Part shown: positions 39,494 to 49,997 of the stretch, piece by piece
How positions within the stretch are numbered: the first letter of the stretch is position 1
Layout: each line of letters starts with the position of its first letter
Assembly: GCA_963790475.1 (NCBI GenBank)
Contig: CAWBOS010000010.1
Coordinates: forward strand, 1,088,001 to 1,152,000
Length of the DNA: 64,000 nucleotides
Direction of reading: 5' to 3'
Origin: an uncultured delta proteobacterium
Lineage (GTDB): Bacteria > Desulfobacterota > RBG-13-43-22
Position numbers and translations under genes: made by a program
The notes under the pieces: generated by a model
The model's database searches: none
Told to the model about the DNA's origin: nothing
The model's input: only the letters and a program-made list of their open reading frames with translations

Positions 39494-39571
39494 TTTGGGT
39501 TGTTCCGCCGCTTTTTCAATAAGTTGTCCGCATTTGTTCAAGATGCACCCAAAGGACTGAAAAAGCGTGAG
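39494..39571 (-). promoter_or_regulatory. rpsB leader (S2 autoregulatory RNA-like)
   Basis: CGCTTTTTC/GAAAAAGCG stem plus TTTGGGT/ACCCAAA pairing, the architecture known for rpsB leaders. Confidence 0.55.
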
Positions 39572-39589
39572 AATTTAATAAATTTTATA

Positions 39590-39618
39590 ATTATATAGAA
39601 AATGAACTGCTTAGGCAA
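39590..39618 (-). promoter_or_regulatory. sigma70 promoter of the rpsB operon
   Basis: TTGCCT-N17-TATAAT. Confidence 0.7.
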
Positions 39619-39627
39619 GAAAAATAA

Positions 39628-40146
39628 TTATGTAGCGGTAATTCTTTCCAAATTCAGCAATTTCTCTTTTACCGACAGCCCACCGCCAAATCCTACCAGG
39701 TCGCCTCGGGAACCGATAACCCGGTGGCAGGGAACCACAATCGGGACCGGGTTGTTGTGATTGGCCTGGCCAACAGCCCGATAAGCTCTGGGGCTATTGG
39801 CAGCCCGGGCTATTTCCCCGTAACTGCGGGTTTCACCATAAGGGATAGTCTTCAGGGCCTCCCAGACCCGGATCTGAAAAGGGGTCCCTTGAAGATCCAG
39901 AGAGACCTCGAAAATAACCTTATGACCGCTCAGATAAAGATCCATTTGGCGGAAAAGTTCCTGAAAAGGATCAGGGTTCTGGGTAAAAAAATGAGGTTGG
40001 AAACGAGCGAGGACCTTTTCAAAAAAGGATTCGACCGGATGGGCCGGTAAGGAAAGAAGGCACAGGCCTTTCTCGGAAGCAGCCGCATAAACCCGGCCCA
40101 GCAGGGGGAATTCCCTGCTGTCGTAAAAAATGGTTTTTCTATTCAT
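39628..40146 (-). CDS. ogt: Methylated-DNA-protein-cysteine methyltransferase
   Basis: GTPFQ, IPYGETRSY and VPCHRV. Confidence 0.93.
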   Translation of the reverse strand: MNRKTIFYDSREFPLLGRVYAAASEKGLCLLSLPAHPVESFFEKVLARFQPHFFTQNPDPFQELFRQMDLYLSGHKVIFEVSLDLQGTPFQIRVWEALKTIPYGETRSYGEIARAANSPRAYRAVGQANHNNPVPIVVPCHRVIGSRGDLVGFGGGLSVKEKLLNLERITAT

Positions 40147-40229
40147 TTTGAGCCTCTAAAGGATTGGAATGGTGTCCTGTAATTCAAAGGTGTTATCAGC
40201 TTCCACGGTTAGGTCTATCGCCTCAAACC

Positions 40230-41172
40230 TCACGCTTCTCGCCTCATCCCTCTCTCCTTCCACCTGGCCCCTTGAAAGCTTCCCCTTTCTTTAAATCGAT
40301 CCCGTATCATCTTTAAGGTTGCTTGTTTTTTCAAGGTCCACGGCGGGGCCATCAATTTTTCGGGATTGGGGTCACCCGTTAAACGCTGAATAATCCAATG
40401 GGGAGGGCAAATTTCCAAAAACCGGCAGACCCAGTCCACATATTCTTCCTGGAGAAGAGGACGATACTTTCTTTGGTTGTACCAGGATTCCAGAACAGTC
40501 CCGCGGTTGATATAAAGAGAGTGAATTTTCAATCCCTGAATATCCAATTCAGCCAAACGGGCGGCCGTGAAAAGGCACTCCTTCAATTCCTCCCCCGGCA
40601 AACCGAGGATGACATGAACGCAAATATTGATATTGCGTTTTCGGGTCTCTTCTACGGTCCGAATAAAATCTTCTATCGTATGTCCCCGGTTGATCAATTC
40701 CAAAGTTCGAGGATGGAAGGACTGGAGCCCGTATTCAATCCAAACCAGGTGGGATTTCTGGAACCCGTCCAATAAATCTAATATCTCGGTATTGATGCAA
40801 TCCGGTCTGGTGCCTACCGATAACCCGACCACATCCTCAATGGCTAAGGCTTCCCGATATAGAGAATTTAATGTTTCTACCGGGGCATAGGTATTGGAAA
40901 AAGACTGGAAATAAGCAATAAATTTTTCGGCCTTGTAGCGTTTCTTCAAGAGGCTTTTTCCCTGAAGGATCTGTTGGGTGATGGATGGGGTCTGCTCATA
41001 AGCCCCGGTCCCAGAACCGCCTTCATCACAATAAATACATCCCCCTCTCCCCTTGGTCCCATCGCGGTTGGGACAGGTCAAACCGGCATCCAGGGATATC
41101 TTTTGAACCCGGCAGCCGAAAAGTCCGGTCAAATAGGCTCCGTATTGATTGTAGAGTTGCGGTTCCGGTCAT
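40230..41172 (-). CDS. YhcC/TIGR01212-like radical SAM protein (probable frameshift just after the ATG)
   Basis: CPNRDG...GCIYC, YFQSFSNTY and GTRPDC. The frame extends upstream as PEPQLYNQYGAYL, and ATG 41172 is one base out of frame. Confidence 0.85.
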
Positions 41173-41247
41173 GACGGAAAAAATAATACCATAAGACCCT
41201 CAGTTTGTGTTATTATTTTTCACATCCTAAAAAAGAAAGATAAAAGA

Positions 41248-42459
41248 ATGGACTCTGAAAATATCCCCTCCCCTTTATTTGTTCCCTCTTCTGAAATTGA
41301 GAACAGGCTCAGCCGTTTTCAAGAGCTGATGACTCATGAAGGGCTGGATGGGGTCTTGCTTTGCCAGAACGTCGATCTGCTCTATTTTTCAGGAACCATG
41401 CAACCGGGCTATCTTTATATTCCAGTCCAGGAGGAACCGGTTTTCATGGCCAAGAAAAATTTAGAACGGGCCATGGAAGAATCCTCTCTGACGAATATCG
41501 TGGCCTTATCCTCTTCCAAGGAGATCCCTTCTTTATTGACCGAAAAGGATATTTCACCTCCCCAAAGCCTGGGTCTGGAAATGGATGTGCTTCCGGCAGC
41601 GAATTATATTCAACTCAAGACCATATTCAAAAAGGTCCGCATCCTGGATGCTTCTATTTTGGTTCGCAAGTGCCGTATGTTTAAATCGCCCTGGGAAATC
41701 GAAAACATGACCCGGGCGGCCCGGATGCTGCACCGGATGGTCCTTGAGGTCCCTCGTATCCTCAGGCCGGGGATGACGGAAATAGAACTGGCCGGGCACC
41801 TGGAAGCTTTTTTACGCCGGGAAGGTCATCAGGGTTACATTCGCAGCCGGGGTTTTAATCAGGAGATGTTCTATGGCCATATCCTGTCCGGGCCTGAAGG
41901 AGGCAAACCTTCGTATATTGATTCCCCTTCCGGAGGAGGCGGGGTCGGGCCGGCCTTCAGCCAGGGGGCGGGGATAAAGCCCATCAGACCCCATGAAGCA
42001 ATCAGTATTGATTTTGTAGGCTGTTATAACGGCTATCTGGCTGATCAGACCCGCATGTTTTCTTTGGGCGAACCGCCGGCCGCGGTCAAAGAAGCCTACC
42101 TGGCCGTGCAAGAGATTCAAGAATCTCTAAAAACAAAGACTCAACCCGGAATTCCCTGCGATCAAGTCTATTTCTGGGCTTTGGAAGAGGCCGATCGATT
42201 GGGGTATTTGACCCGTTTCATGGGAATGGGGCCGTCCCTGGTCCGTTATATCGGCCACGGTCTTGGATTGGAACTGGACGAATTACCGGTTATCGGTCAG
42301 AAGTTTGATTGGCCCCTGGAGGCTGGAATGGTATTTGCTCTGGAGCCCAAGATGGTCCTTCCCGAATTTGGTCTGGTGGGGCTTGAGAACACCTATCAGA
42401 TGACCGAGACCGGGATCGAACCCCTCACCACCTCCCCCGAGAATTTTCAAATCTTATGA
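41248..42459 (+). CDS. Xaa-Pro peptidase family (M24) protein
   Basis: Creatinase-like N-domain, D..D..GHGLG..EP..E metal ligands. Confidence 0.9.
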   Translation: MDSENIPSPLFVPSSEIENRLSRFQELMTHEGLDGVLLCQNVDLLYFSGTMQPGYLYIPVQEEPVFMAKKNLERAMEESSLTNIVALSSSKEIPSLLTEKDISPPQSLGLEMDVLPAANYIQLKTIFKKVRILDASILVRKCRMFKSPWEIENMTRAARMLHRMVLEVPRILRPGMTEIELAGHLEAFLRREGHQGYIRSRGFNQEMFYGHILSGPEGGKPSYIDSPSGGGGVGPAFSQGAGIKPIRPHEAISIDFVGCYNGYLADQTRMFSLGEPPAAVKEAYLAVQEIQESLKTKTQPGIPCDQVYFWALEEADRLGYLTRFMGMGPSLVRYIGHGLGLELDELPVIGQKFDWPLEAGMVFALEPKMVLPEFGLVGLENTYQMTETGIEPLTTSPENFQIL

Positions 42460-42510
42460 TCGGTTGAAATCCCGTCATTTCAATAGTACTGAATAAATGG
42501 AGCATACCCC

Positions 42511-44245
42511 ATGTCCAGAAAGATTGTAATTATCGGTGCGGTCGCCTTGGGTCCCAAGGCCGCCTGTCGGGTCCGTCGGGTGGATCCCACGGCCCAGGTG
42601 ACCTTAATCGATCAAAACCGGGATATTTCTTACGGCGGATGCGGAATCCCCTTTTTTGTTTCCGGCGATATCAACGATATTCAAGCCCTGATGTCCACTT
42701 CGTTTCATATGGTCCGCGATGAAAACTTTTTTCAAAGAAGCCAAAGGGGTCCAGGTTCGCAGTCAAACCAGGGCCTTGGCTATCAATCGCCGGCTTCATC
42801 AGCTCCGGATTCAGGACCTCATCACCGAAAAACAAGAAGATTTGCCATATGATGCCCTGGTCCTGGCCACCGGTTCTTCTCCGATCAGGCCGGAAATTCC
42901 AGGAATAAATCTCAAAGGGGTTACCACTCTCTCCAATCCCGCCGAAGCCTTGATGATTAAAAATGCCCTCAGTCAGGGTAAGGTAAATCATTGTGTCATT
43001 ATTGGTGCCGGCCCGATAGGGTTGGAGATGGCCCAGGCCGTGTCCGAGCTTTGGGGTGTGAAAACCTCTGTCCTTGAAATTCAGGATCAAATCCTGCCGG
43101 GACTCCTGGATCAGGATTTGTCCCGAATGGTTTTGACCGAATTAAAAAGTCATGAAGTGAATCTTTTTCTTAAGGAAAGAGGCGTCCGAATCCTTGGAGA
43201 TGACCAAGGTAAGGTCAAAAAGGTTATAACCAACAGACAGGAATTTCTGGCCGACCTGGTTATCCTGGCTGCCGGGGTTCGGCCCAATACGGCCTTAGCC
43301 GAACAGGCCGGACTAGTAATCGGCAAAACCGGAGGCATAGCCGTTAATGAATTTCTTCAGACCTCAGACCCTGACATTTATGCCGGTGGCGATTGTATTG
43401 AGGTTCTCCATTTGCTCACCCGACAACCGGTTTGGCATCCTTCCGGCTCTCTGGCCAATCGGCAGGGCCGGGTCATCGGAACAAACGCCGCCGGAGGCCG
43501 GGAAACCTTTCCCGGTGTCCTTGGGAGTTTTGCCGTTAAGCTTTTTGATCTTTCTGCCGGCCGTAGCGGATTGACCCAGGCCGCCGCCTTGCAAACAGGA
43601 TTTGATGCCCAAGAGGCCCTGGTCATCCAGGCCGACCGGGCTCACTTTTATCCGGGCCAGGAGCTTATGGCCTTGAAACTGGTAGCCGATCGAAAGACAA
43701 GGCGAGTCCTGGGTCTTTCAGGAGTGGCCAGAAATGGGGATGCCTTGATGGCCCGCCTTAATGCTATTGCCGGGGCGCTTCCCTATCGACCGACCATCGA
43801 AGATGTGGCCAATCTGGAAATCCCCTATTCCCCGCCTTTCTCAGGGGCCATGGATATTTTGAATGCCGTGGCCAATACCCTGAAAAACACCCTGGAAGGG
43901 AAAAATAGACCTTTACCGGTGGAACAATTTCAGGAAATCTTTGAAGGCAGGAAAGAAAACAATGTCCTGTTTTTGGACGTTAGGGGACCGCGCAACGCCC
44001 AGCCTTATGTCCAGAAGTTTTCCCCCGATTGGATCAATATTCCCGGGGAAACACTGGCCGGGCGTCTGGATGAGTTGTCCAGAGATAAAAAACTTCTGCT
44101 GATCTGCAACTCGGGAGTGCGTTCTTACGAAGCCCAGATTTTATTAGATGCGGAGGGCATCAGCAATACCCTGAATTTGGAAGGCGGGGTGGCGGCCGTC
44201 AAGTGGGCTGGACTGAATCCACTGGAAGAAGAGGAAACTGAATAA
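42511..44245 (+). CDS. CoA-disulfide/persulfide reductase-like flavoprotein with a C-terminal rhodanese domain (frameshift at 42727-42732)
   Basis: SYGGCGIP redox Cys, GAGPIG, YSPPFS and rhodanese LICNSGVRS. Confidence 0.88.
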
Positions 44246-44274
44246 AAAGAATCTAAAAATTAATCTTTTTTCTG

Positions 44275-44405
44275 TATGAACTCGCAAAAAGTCACCGAAA
44301 CCCACATTAGTCATTCCGGCGAAAGCCGGAATCCAGTGATTTTAAGTAGTTTTAATCTCCTGGACCCCGGCTTTCGCCGGGGTGACGATTTTTTCCGAGT
44401 CCATC
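44275..44405. repeat. MITE-like element with imperfect terminal IRs enclosing a CGTC-type palindrome pair (44310-44387)
   Basis: TATGAACTCGCAAAAAGTC ... GATTTTTTCCGAGTCCATC, with internal GTCATTCCGGCGAAAGCCGGAATCCAG ... CTGGACCCCGGCTTTCGCCGGGGTGACG. Confidence 0.7.
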
Positions 44406-44461
44406 TTTGTTTATTTCAAAAGCCCCTCGCCTGACTTTTTCTTCTTCTTTATAATTTATAG

Positions 44462-44962
44462 TCACTCTTCACCCTGGAGTATCTTCAGCTCCTCCTCCCC
44501 GACCACTTCCAGGAGAACTTCCCCTAACACTTTGGCCGTTTCCCCAACAAACCGTGTACATTCATCCCGCCTTCCATCCACCCGTCGGGCCTTGACATCC
44601 TCCGGATCATACCAGTTGCATCGGGAAATGGTTCGGCAACTGGTGTCTCCATATTTTTCTACCGCCATTTTTTTTAACCGGTCATAAAGGGTTTTAATGG
44701 TCGGGGTCAGACGAGCATCTTCCATTTCATCCTTATTAGCGCCGGCAAAGAGACAGCCGATCACCTGGGTGGCGCCGGCGATCGCCCCGCAAAAATCTCC
44801 CCGGTAGCATCCTCCGGTCAGACCGGCCATAGCCCGCATGGCCACATCCCTTTCCTCTTCACCGATCATATCCAGGCCCACGGCCAGGAGGGCCTGGGCT
44901 CAATACATCTCATTGGCAAACAAATCCATAGCTTTTTCCTGCATGCTCTCGGGTGTCACCAT
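44462..44962 (-). CDS. C_GCAxxG_C_C family selenoprotein (Sec at TGA 44900-44902)
   Basis: AAGGAG RBS, then ATG 44962, reading MVTPESMQEKAMDLFANEMY-U-AQALL. Downstream CGAIAG, SCR and C motifs, with a SECIS-like hairpin after the UGA. Confidence 0.85.
44871..44889 (-). promoter_or_regulatory. Bacterial SECIS element
   Basis: TCC-T-GGCC-[GTG]-GGCC-T-GGA starts at nt +11 after the UGA and has a G-U-led apical loop. Confidence 0.7.
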
Positions 44963-45112
44963 AAACCATCTCTCCTTAAACAACTTATTTGCCTGCAATC
45001 GGCAGGCAATGGGTATTTTGCCTCTCGCCTCACACCTTTGGCCTGACCAAAACTATTTCCCGTTCCTTCGCAGGCTGGATTCTTGAAATCCCTAACACTC
45101 ACTTTACCATTG

Positions 45113-46267
45113 CTATATATATTGGTCCCCAAGCTCCGCCAGAAAGGACTCGATCCCATCCTTTCCCGGATGCTCAGTTCGTACTTCTTCAATCAGCTTT
45201 TCGATCTTTCTTTTTAGGACCAGGTCTTCCATATCCTTTACCGAACGGTAGGCCCCACCCCGGCGACCGAAACGATAGATCAAACGTTCTTCTTCAGAAA
45301 GGTTAAGATAGGCATCCAGGCCGGCCAGCATCCGGCCTTTGTCCTGCGGAAGGGTGCCGGTTATATTTTCCAGGAGATTCATCATATGATCGGAGGTGAT
45401 AGTACTGGTTATCCCTTCCAGGTGGTCAATCATCAGTCTGATCTCTTCGACCATTTCATCATCGGTCAACGGCTGGAACAAACCTTCGGTCACTAATGCA
45501 GAAAGCGGGATTCTTTCGGGGATACGCAGAGACCGGAGGCGGATGTAATCCGGATTCATGGCATTCAATACCCTGGCCGTCTCCAGGGCATTTTCTTGGG
45601 AAAGGCTTTTTCCACCCAGACCTGGCATCCAATATTCGGAAACAGACATCCCTGCTTCTTTGGCCTTCTTTCCGGCATCAATTTGCTCTGCAGACGTAAC
45701 CCCTTTTTTCATTAAAGTCAATACGGCATCCGAGCCGCTTTCCAGGCCGATATGAATGCGGTCTAATCCGGCTCTTCGAATGGCCGTAAGTTCTTCCAGG
45801 TTTTTCCGGCTCACTGTCTTGGCCCGGGCATAGGAGGTGATCCGGGTGATCCGGGGAATCACCTGACGCAGAAAATTCAGAATCTCCACCAGCTCTTCGG
45901 CCGGGAGGATCAGATTATTTCCATCCTGCAGAAAAACGGTATATTCCTGGTAGAACATCCAGGCGGCTACATTTTTATAGGCCTGAGAATAATCCGGGGA
46001 ATGAAACACCGAGGTGATTACCCGGTCATCGATCCGCCCGCTGCTGCCCAACTGCGAGGAGAGTTCTTCCAGTTCGGCAATAATCCCGGCGATGATTCTA
46101 ATGTCTTCTTTGATCTCTTGGATGTTCCTCCTGGAGAATCGGGTCCCCTTGTAAACCCCGCAGAACAGACATTTATTCCAGGAACAGTTCCGGGTCAGCC
46201 TGATCAACAGACTCCTGGCTTCACTCGGAGGACGAATAGGCCCTTGTTCAAAATCCAACTTTTCCAT
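45113..46267 (-). CDS. Radical SAM protein
   Basis: IRPPSEA, CSWNKCLFC and HIGLESG. Confidence 0.88.
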   Translation of the reverse strand: MEKLDFEQGPIRPPSEARSLLIRLTRNCSWNKCLFCGVYKGTRFSRRNIQEIKEDIRIIAGIIAELEELSSQLGSSGRIDDRVITSVFHSPDYSQAYKNVAAWMFYQEYTVFLQDGNNLILPAEELVEILNFLRQVIPRITRITSYARAKTVSRKNLEELTAIRRAGLDRIHIGLESGSDAVLTLMKKGVTSAEQIDAGKKAKEAGMSVSEYWMPGLGGKSLSQENALETARVLNAMNPDYIRLRSLRIPERIPLSALVTEGLFQPLTDDEMVEEIRLMIDHLEGITSTITSDHMMNLLENITGTLPQDKGRMLAGLDAYLNLSEEERLIYRFGRRGGAYRSVKDMEDLVLKRKIEKLIEEVRTEHPGKDGIESFLAELGDQYI

Positions 46268-46590
46268 GACCTTGCTCCAACAATCTTTTTACAAGCTTTA
46301 TATTAAACATCCCGAGACCCTTTGACAATCCCCAAGTATAGAGAATACTTTTCCACAATCAGAGAATCAATTTAACTTCTCCCTGCCTGTCTCGTTCTAA
46401 ATACTTGAATATTTCTTCAATAGCCAAAAATGGAAGGAAAGAAAGAAAGAGAATATTTTCATTTTAGGCGAGAGGCCCGCAACTATAAGAACAATTCCCC
46501 CGAGGTGATTTCGGTGGATTTGTGGCCGATAGGGTTTTTGGTCTGACAAAGTCGCCTGTTACTAAACTCGATTTTATCGGAGAGGGGTCA

Positions 46591-47031
46591 TCAGGAAGCC
46601 GTTATGACCACGGTCCCTTGAAGAATAGTGCCGGCAACCGTCGCGGTAATCGTATCATCGGTTGCAGTCGAAGGGGCCTTATAATCAGCGATGAATACGC
46701 CCCCCGTGGTATTGCCAATTAAAGTGACATTCGATCCGTTAAAGGTTCCCGCTCGGGAAGAAGTCAGGATAATGGAGGCATCGGTCCTTTTTCCCGAAGC
46801 ATCAGTGACGATCACAGTGATGGTCGTGGTCGCCCCGACGGCAATAGAGTTGCTTCCCGCACTGATAGTGACATTGGCCGCAGCGCCCCCGGAACTCCCG
46901 GATCCGGATGTCGTGCCGCTGGTTACGCTGTTTTGCTTATTGATATCCGAGTTGTCGCACCCCAAAAAGATAAAAAGGGCGGCACTCAGTAATAACAACA
47001 AGAAAACGGGAGAAATCGATTTATGAGACAT
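46591..47031 (-). CDS. Lipoprotein with a Ser/Gly/Thr linker and an Ig-like domain
   Basis: Lipobox FLG-C, a low-complexity linker and a beta-rich C-terminus. Starts 5 nt after the gspG stop. Confidence 0.75.
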   Translation of the reverse strand: MSHKSISPVFLLLLLSAALFIFLGCDNSDINKQNSVTSGTTSGSGSSGGAAANVTISAGSNSIAVGATTTITVIVTDASGKRTDASIILTSSRAGTFNGSNVTLIGNTTGGVFIADYKAPSTATDDTITATVAGTILQGTVVITAS

Positions 47032-47036
47032 AGGCT

Positions 47037-47468
47037 TTATTCCCAATTATTGACATCTTTATCCTCCCCTTCTCCACCAGGTTTGTTATCGCGGCCATAG
47101 GAAAAGAGATCATATTCTCCATGAGTACCAGGAAATTGATAGTTGTAGGGATTCCCCCAGGGGTCAATAGGGACATTTTTCTTTAAATAGGGACCATCCC
47201 ACTTTTCCTGCCCCGGATTGACCATCAAGGCGTTCAACCCCTCCTGAGAGGAAGGATATGAGCCAATATCCAATCGATATTGATCCAGGGCCTGACCCAA
47301 TAACTCGATCTGGGCCTTGGCCGCAGCTTGCTTCCCTTTGCCCAATTTCGGGAATAGCCTGGGGGCCACCAGGGCAGCCAGCAGGCCGATTATGACCATG
47401 ACTACCATAAGTTCGATCAGGGTGAAGCCGCGATGATCCGCTCCGGAACGCCTTTGGAAACTCTTCAT
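47037..47468 (-). CDS. gspG: T2SS major pseudopilin
   Basis: G|FTLIE prepilin site, WDGPYL and DPWGNPY. Confidence 0.95.
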   Translation of the reverse strand: MKSFQRRSGADHRGFTLIELMVVMVIIGLLAALVAPRLFPKLGKGKQAAAKAQIELLGQALDQYRLDIGSYPSSQEGLNALMVNPGQEKWDGPYLKKNVPIDPWGNPYNYQFPGTHGEYDLFSYGRDNKPGGEGEDKDVNNWE

Positions 47469-47512
47469 ATTCCCTTTCCCGTTTATCCATGTTACTTGTG
47501 CTTTTATGATTA

Positions 47513-47541
47513 ATTAAAAACCATTACGGATGGTTAGTCAA
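47513..47541 (-). promoter_or_regulatory. sigma70 promoter of gspG with a palindromic spacer
   Basis: TTGACT-N17-TTTAAT, where the spacer is AACCAT-N5-ATGGTT. Confidence 0.55.
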
Positions 47542-47793
47542 TAAAAAAATCAAAACACCTCCAGGAACACGATTTTATCTCCTCCGGTTATTGGAGAATA
47601 GCCCGGGTTTGCTTCCAAACCTCGCCCACTGGTTTGGATACGGTCAACCGCCAATCGGAAAAAGAAGGGGCCGGTTGGTTTAAAAATTATTTCTTATCTG
47701 TCAAAACTGGCAACTTTTTATGTTGTCTATTTTTGAATTTTAGTGTAAGAAATTAGAGTTGTATAATCAATCCACTTAAGGAGGAAAGATTTT

Positions 47794-49919
47794 TTGGGAA
47801 AAAGGGCGACCCGATTCATTTTGGTGAGGTTTCTCCAAGTCATAGTTTTTTGGCTATTCTTGGGTTCACCTTTACTGGCTCAACCCCCCCTTCCCAAAGA
47901 TTTAGCCCAAGTTCAATCTCCCTCGGCTCAACCCTCCCTTCCGGCTGCAGAATCCAAGGAAATTCCATTACCTATTCCTACTTCGGGACAGCCTTCAGAT
48001 TCGCCCAATGCATTTCCTGAAAACGGCAAGCCTGCCCCTCAAGCATTTCCTATGAATATGCCCCCGAATCAACTCCAGCCGGGTCAACCCTCCATTCCTT
48101 CACCGGCACCCAGAACAATGCCGTCGCCGTCCTCGATTCCCGGACAGCCATCAGGGCCATCGGCCATAAAAGCGCCTGAAACCGGAAGACCGGAACCGCT
48201 CAATCAACCAAAACCTTCCCTAAAAGAGGGGAAGTCAGTTTTAATTTTGATGATGCCGATGTCTATTCCGTCATCCAGACTATTTTTGGAGGGGTCCTAA
48301 AATTCAATTATATTATCGACCCTAAAGTCAAAGGACGGGTTAATTTCAGATCCGTGTCCCCGGTATCCAGGGAAGATGTCCTGCCTTTAATGGAGGTCAT
48401 TTTACGATTAAACGGGATTGGCATTGTTGAAGAGGGCGGCCTTTATCGCATCATCCCCATCGGGGACATGCCCAGAGAACCGGCCCCGGTCAAAATCGGA
48501 CGGGACCCAAACAAGGTAACTTTGCAAGGTCTGGGATTACTTCAAGTCGTTCCTATCAAATTTGTTACCTCTACGGAAATGGTCAAGGTTCTGACCCCTT
48601 TTCTGTCCACGAATGCGGTGATGGTGGATGTGCCTAAAATAAATTATCTCATTCTGGTGGATACGGATGCCAATGTAAAAAGACTCCTGCAATTAGTAGA
48701 GATATTCGATAGCGAACAGCTCAAACAAATAAAGCCTCAAGTCTTTGTCTATCCGGTTCAAAACGGGAAGGCCAAGGACCTGGCCAGCCTATTGCAGGAA
48801 ATATACCTGGGAGCAAAGGCCCCTGCAAAAACATCTACAACCACCACCGCTGCGGGCAAACCGGGAGCCACCGGCCAACCTGCCACTCCAGCCCCTTCTG
48901 TTCTCTCCCCACAAATGTCAACCACCACTGTAGGGGGGTCTTCCGGAGAGGCCCTGGTGGCTGAAATAACCAAAATTTTTCCTGACGAGACTACCAATTC
49001 ACTGGTCATCCTGGCCACTCCCGAGGACTATTCCCTTATCCTGGAGACCTTGAAAAAGCTTGACCAGGTCCCCAGACAGGTAATGATTGAAGTACTCATT
49101 GCCGAGATCACCTTAACCAACGAGCTAAAGTTCGGCTTAGAGTGGTCCCTGCAAGGAATGTTGGGTCAAGGATTTACTAGTGTCACAGGAAGTTTTATCC
49201 CGACTACGACCACCAGTTCGTCCACAAGTTCAGGTACTACAACAACAGTACCGGCACCGGGATTTTCTTTTTTGGGAATTGATAAAACCGGACTGATCCG
49301 GGGATTCTTGCAGACTTTGGCTACCCAGGGAAAGACCAATGTCCTGGCCTCCCCCCATATCCTGGCCGCCGATAACCGCAAGGCCAAGATCCAGATCGGC
49401 AGTCAGGTCCCCATTGTCACGGACGTACTAAGCACCACGGTAACCACCCAATCCGTGCAATATAAAGATACCGGGGTGATCCTGGAAATAACGCCGTCCA
49501 TCAATGACAGCGGTCTGGTATCGATGGAGATCAAGCAGGAGGTTTCCAGTTTTATTTTCCAGCAAATCGGCACCAACAACTTCCCGGTATTTACCAAAAG
49601 AGAGGCCTCCACCTATCTGGTGGCCCAGGATGGACAGACTATTGTCATCGGCGGACTGATACAAGAAAATAAAGGAAAAACCCGATCAGGACTCCCCTTT
49701 CTCAGTAAAATTCCCATCCTCGGATATCTTTTCGGCTATACGGATGACACTTTTGACAGAACAGAAATCATCTTATTGCTCACACCCAGGGTCGTCAAAA
49801 ATCAAAAGGAAGCGGAAAACCTGACAAATTATTATATCTATCGGCTGGATAAGAGTATTAACAAGCAAATTAGAAAGGAAAATTTAATCCCTCAACAAGG
49901 GAAAAAAGACGCGCAATGA
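47794..49919 (+). CDS. gspD: T2SS secretin with a Pro-rich N-terminus (frameshift near 48219)
   Basis: After the shift the frame reads EVSFNFDDAD...IDPKVKGRV. Also QVMIEVLIAE and GLPFLSKIPILGYLF. Confidence 0.9.
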
Positions 49920-49997
49920 CGGATAATGGGTATCGGGTTACAAGGCATGGAGATCCGTTGCAATAACAAAGAAATAATCAATTCTTGAATCTTTCCT

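Noticed and set aside
44956-45192. 78-aa ORF between the radical SAM and selenoprotein genes
   Set aside because: It overlaps both neighbours, includes heptamer-repeat DNA and has no recognisable motif.
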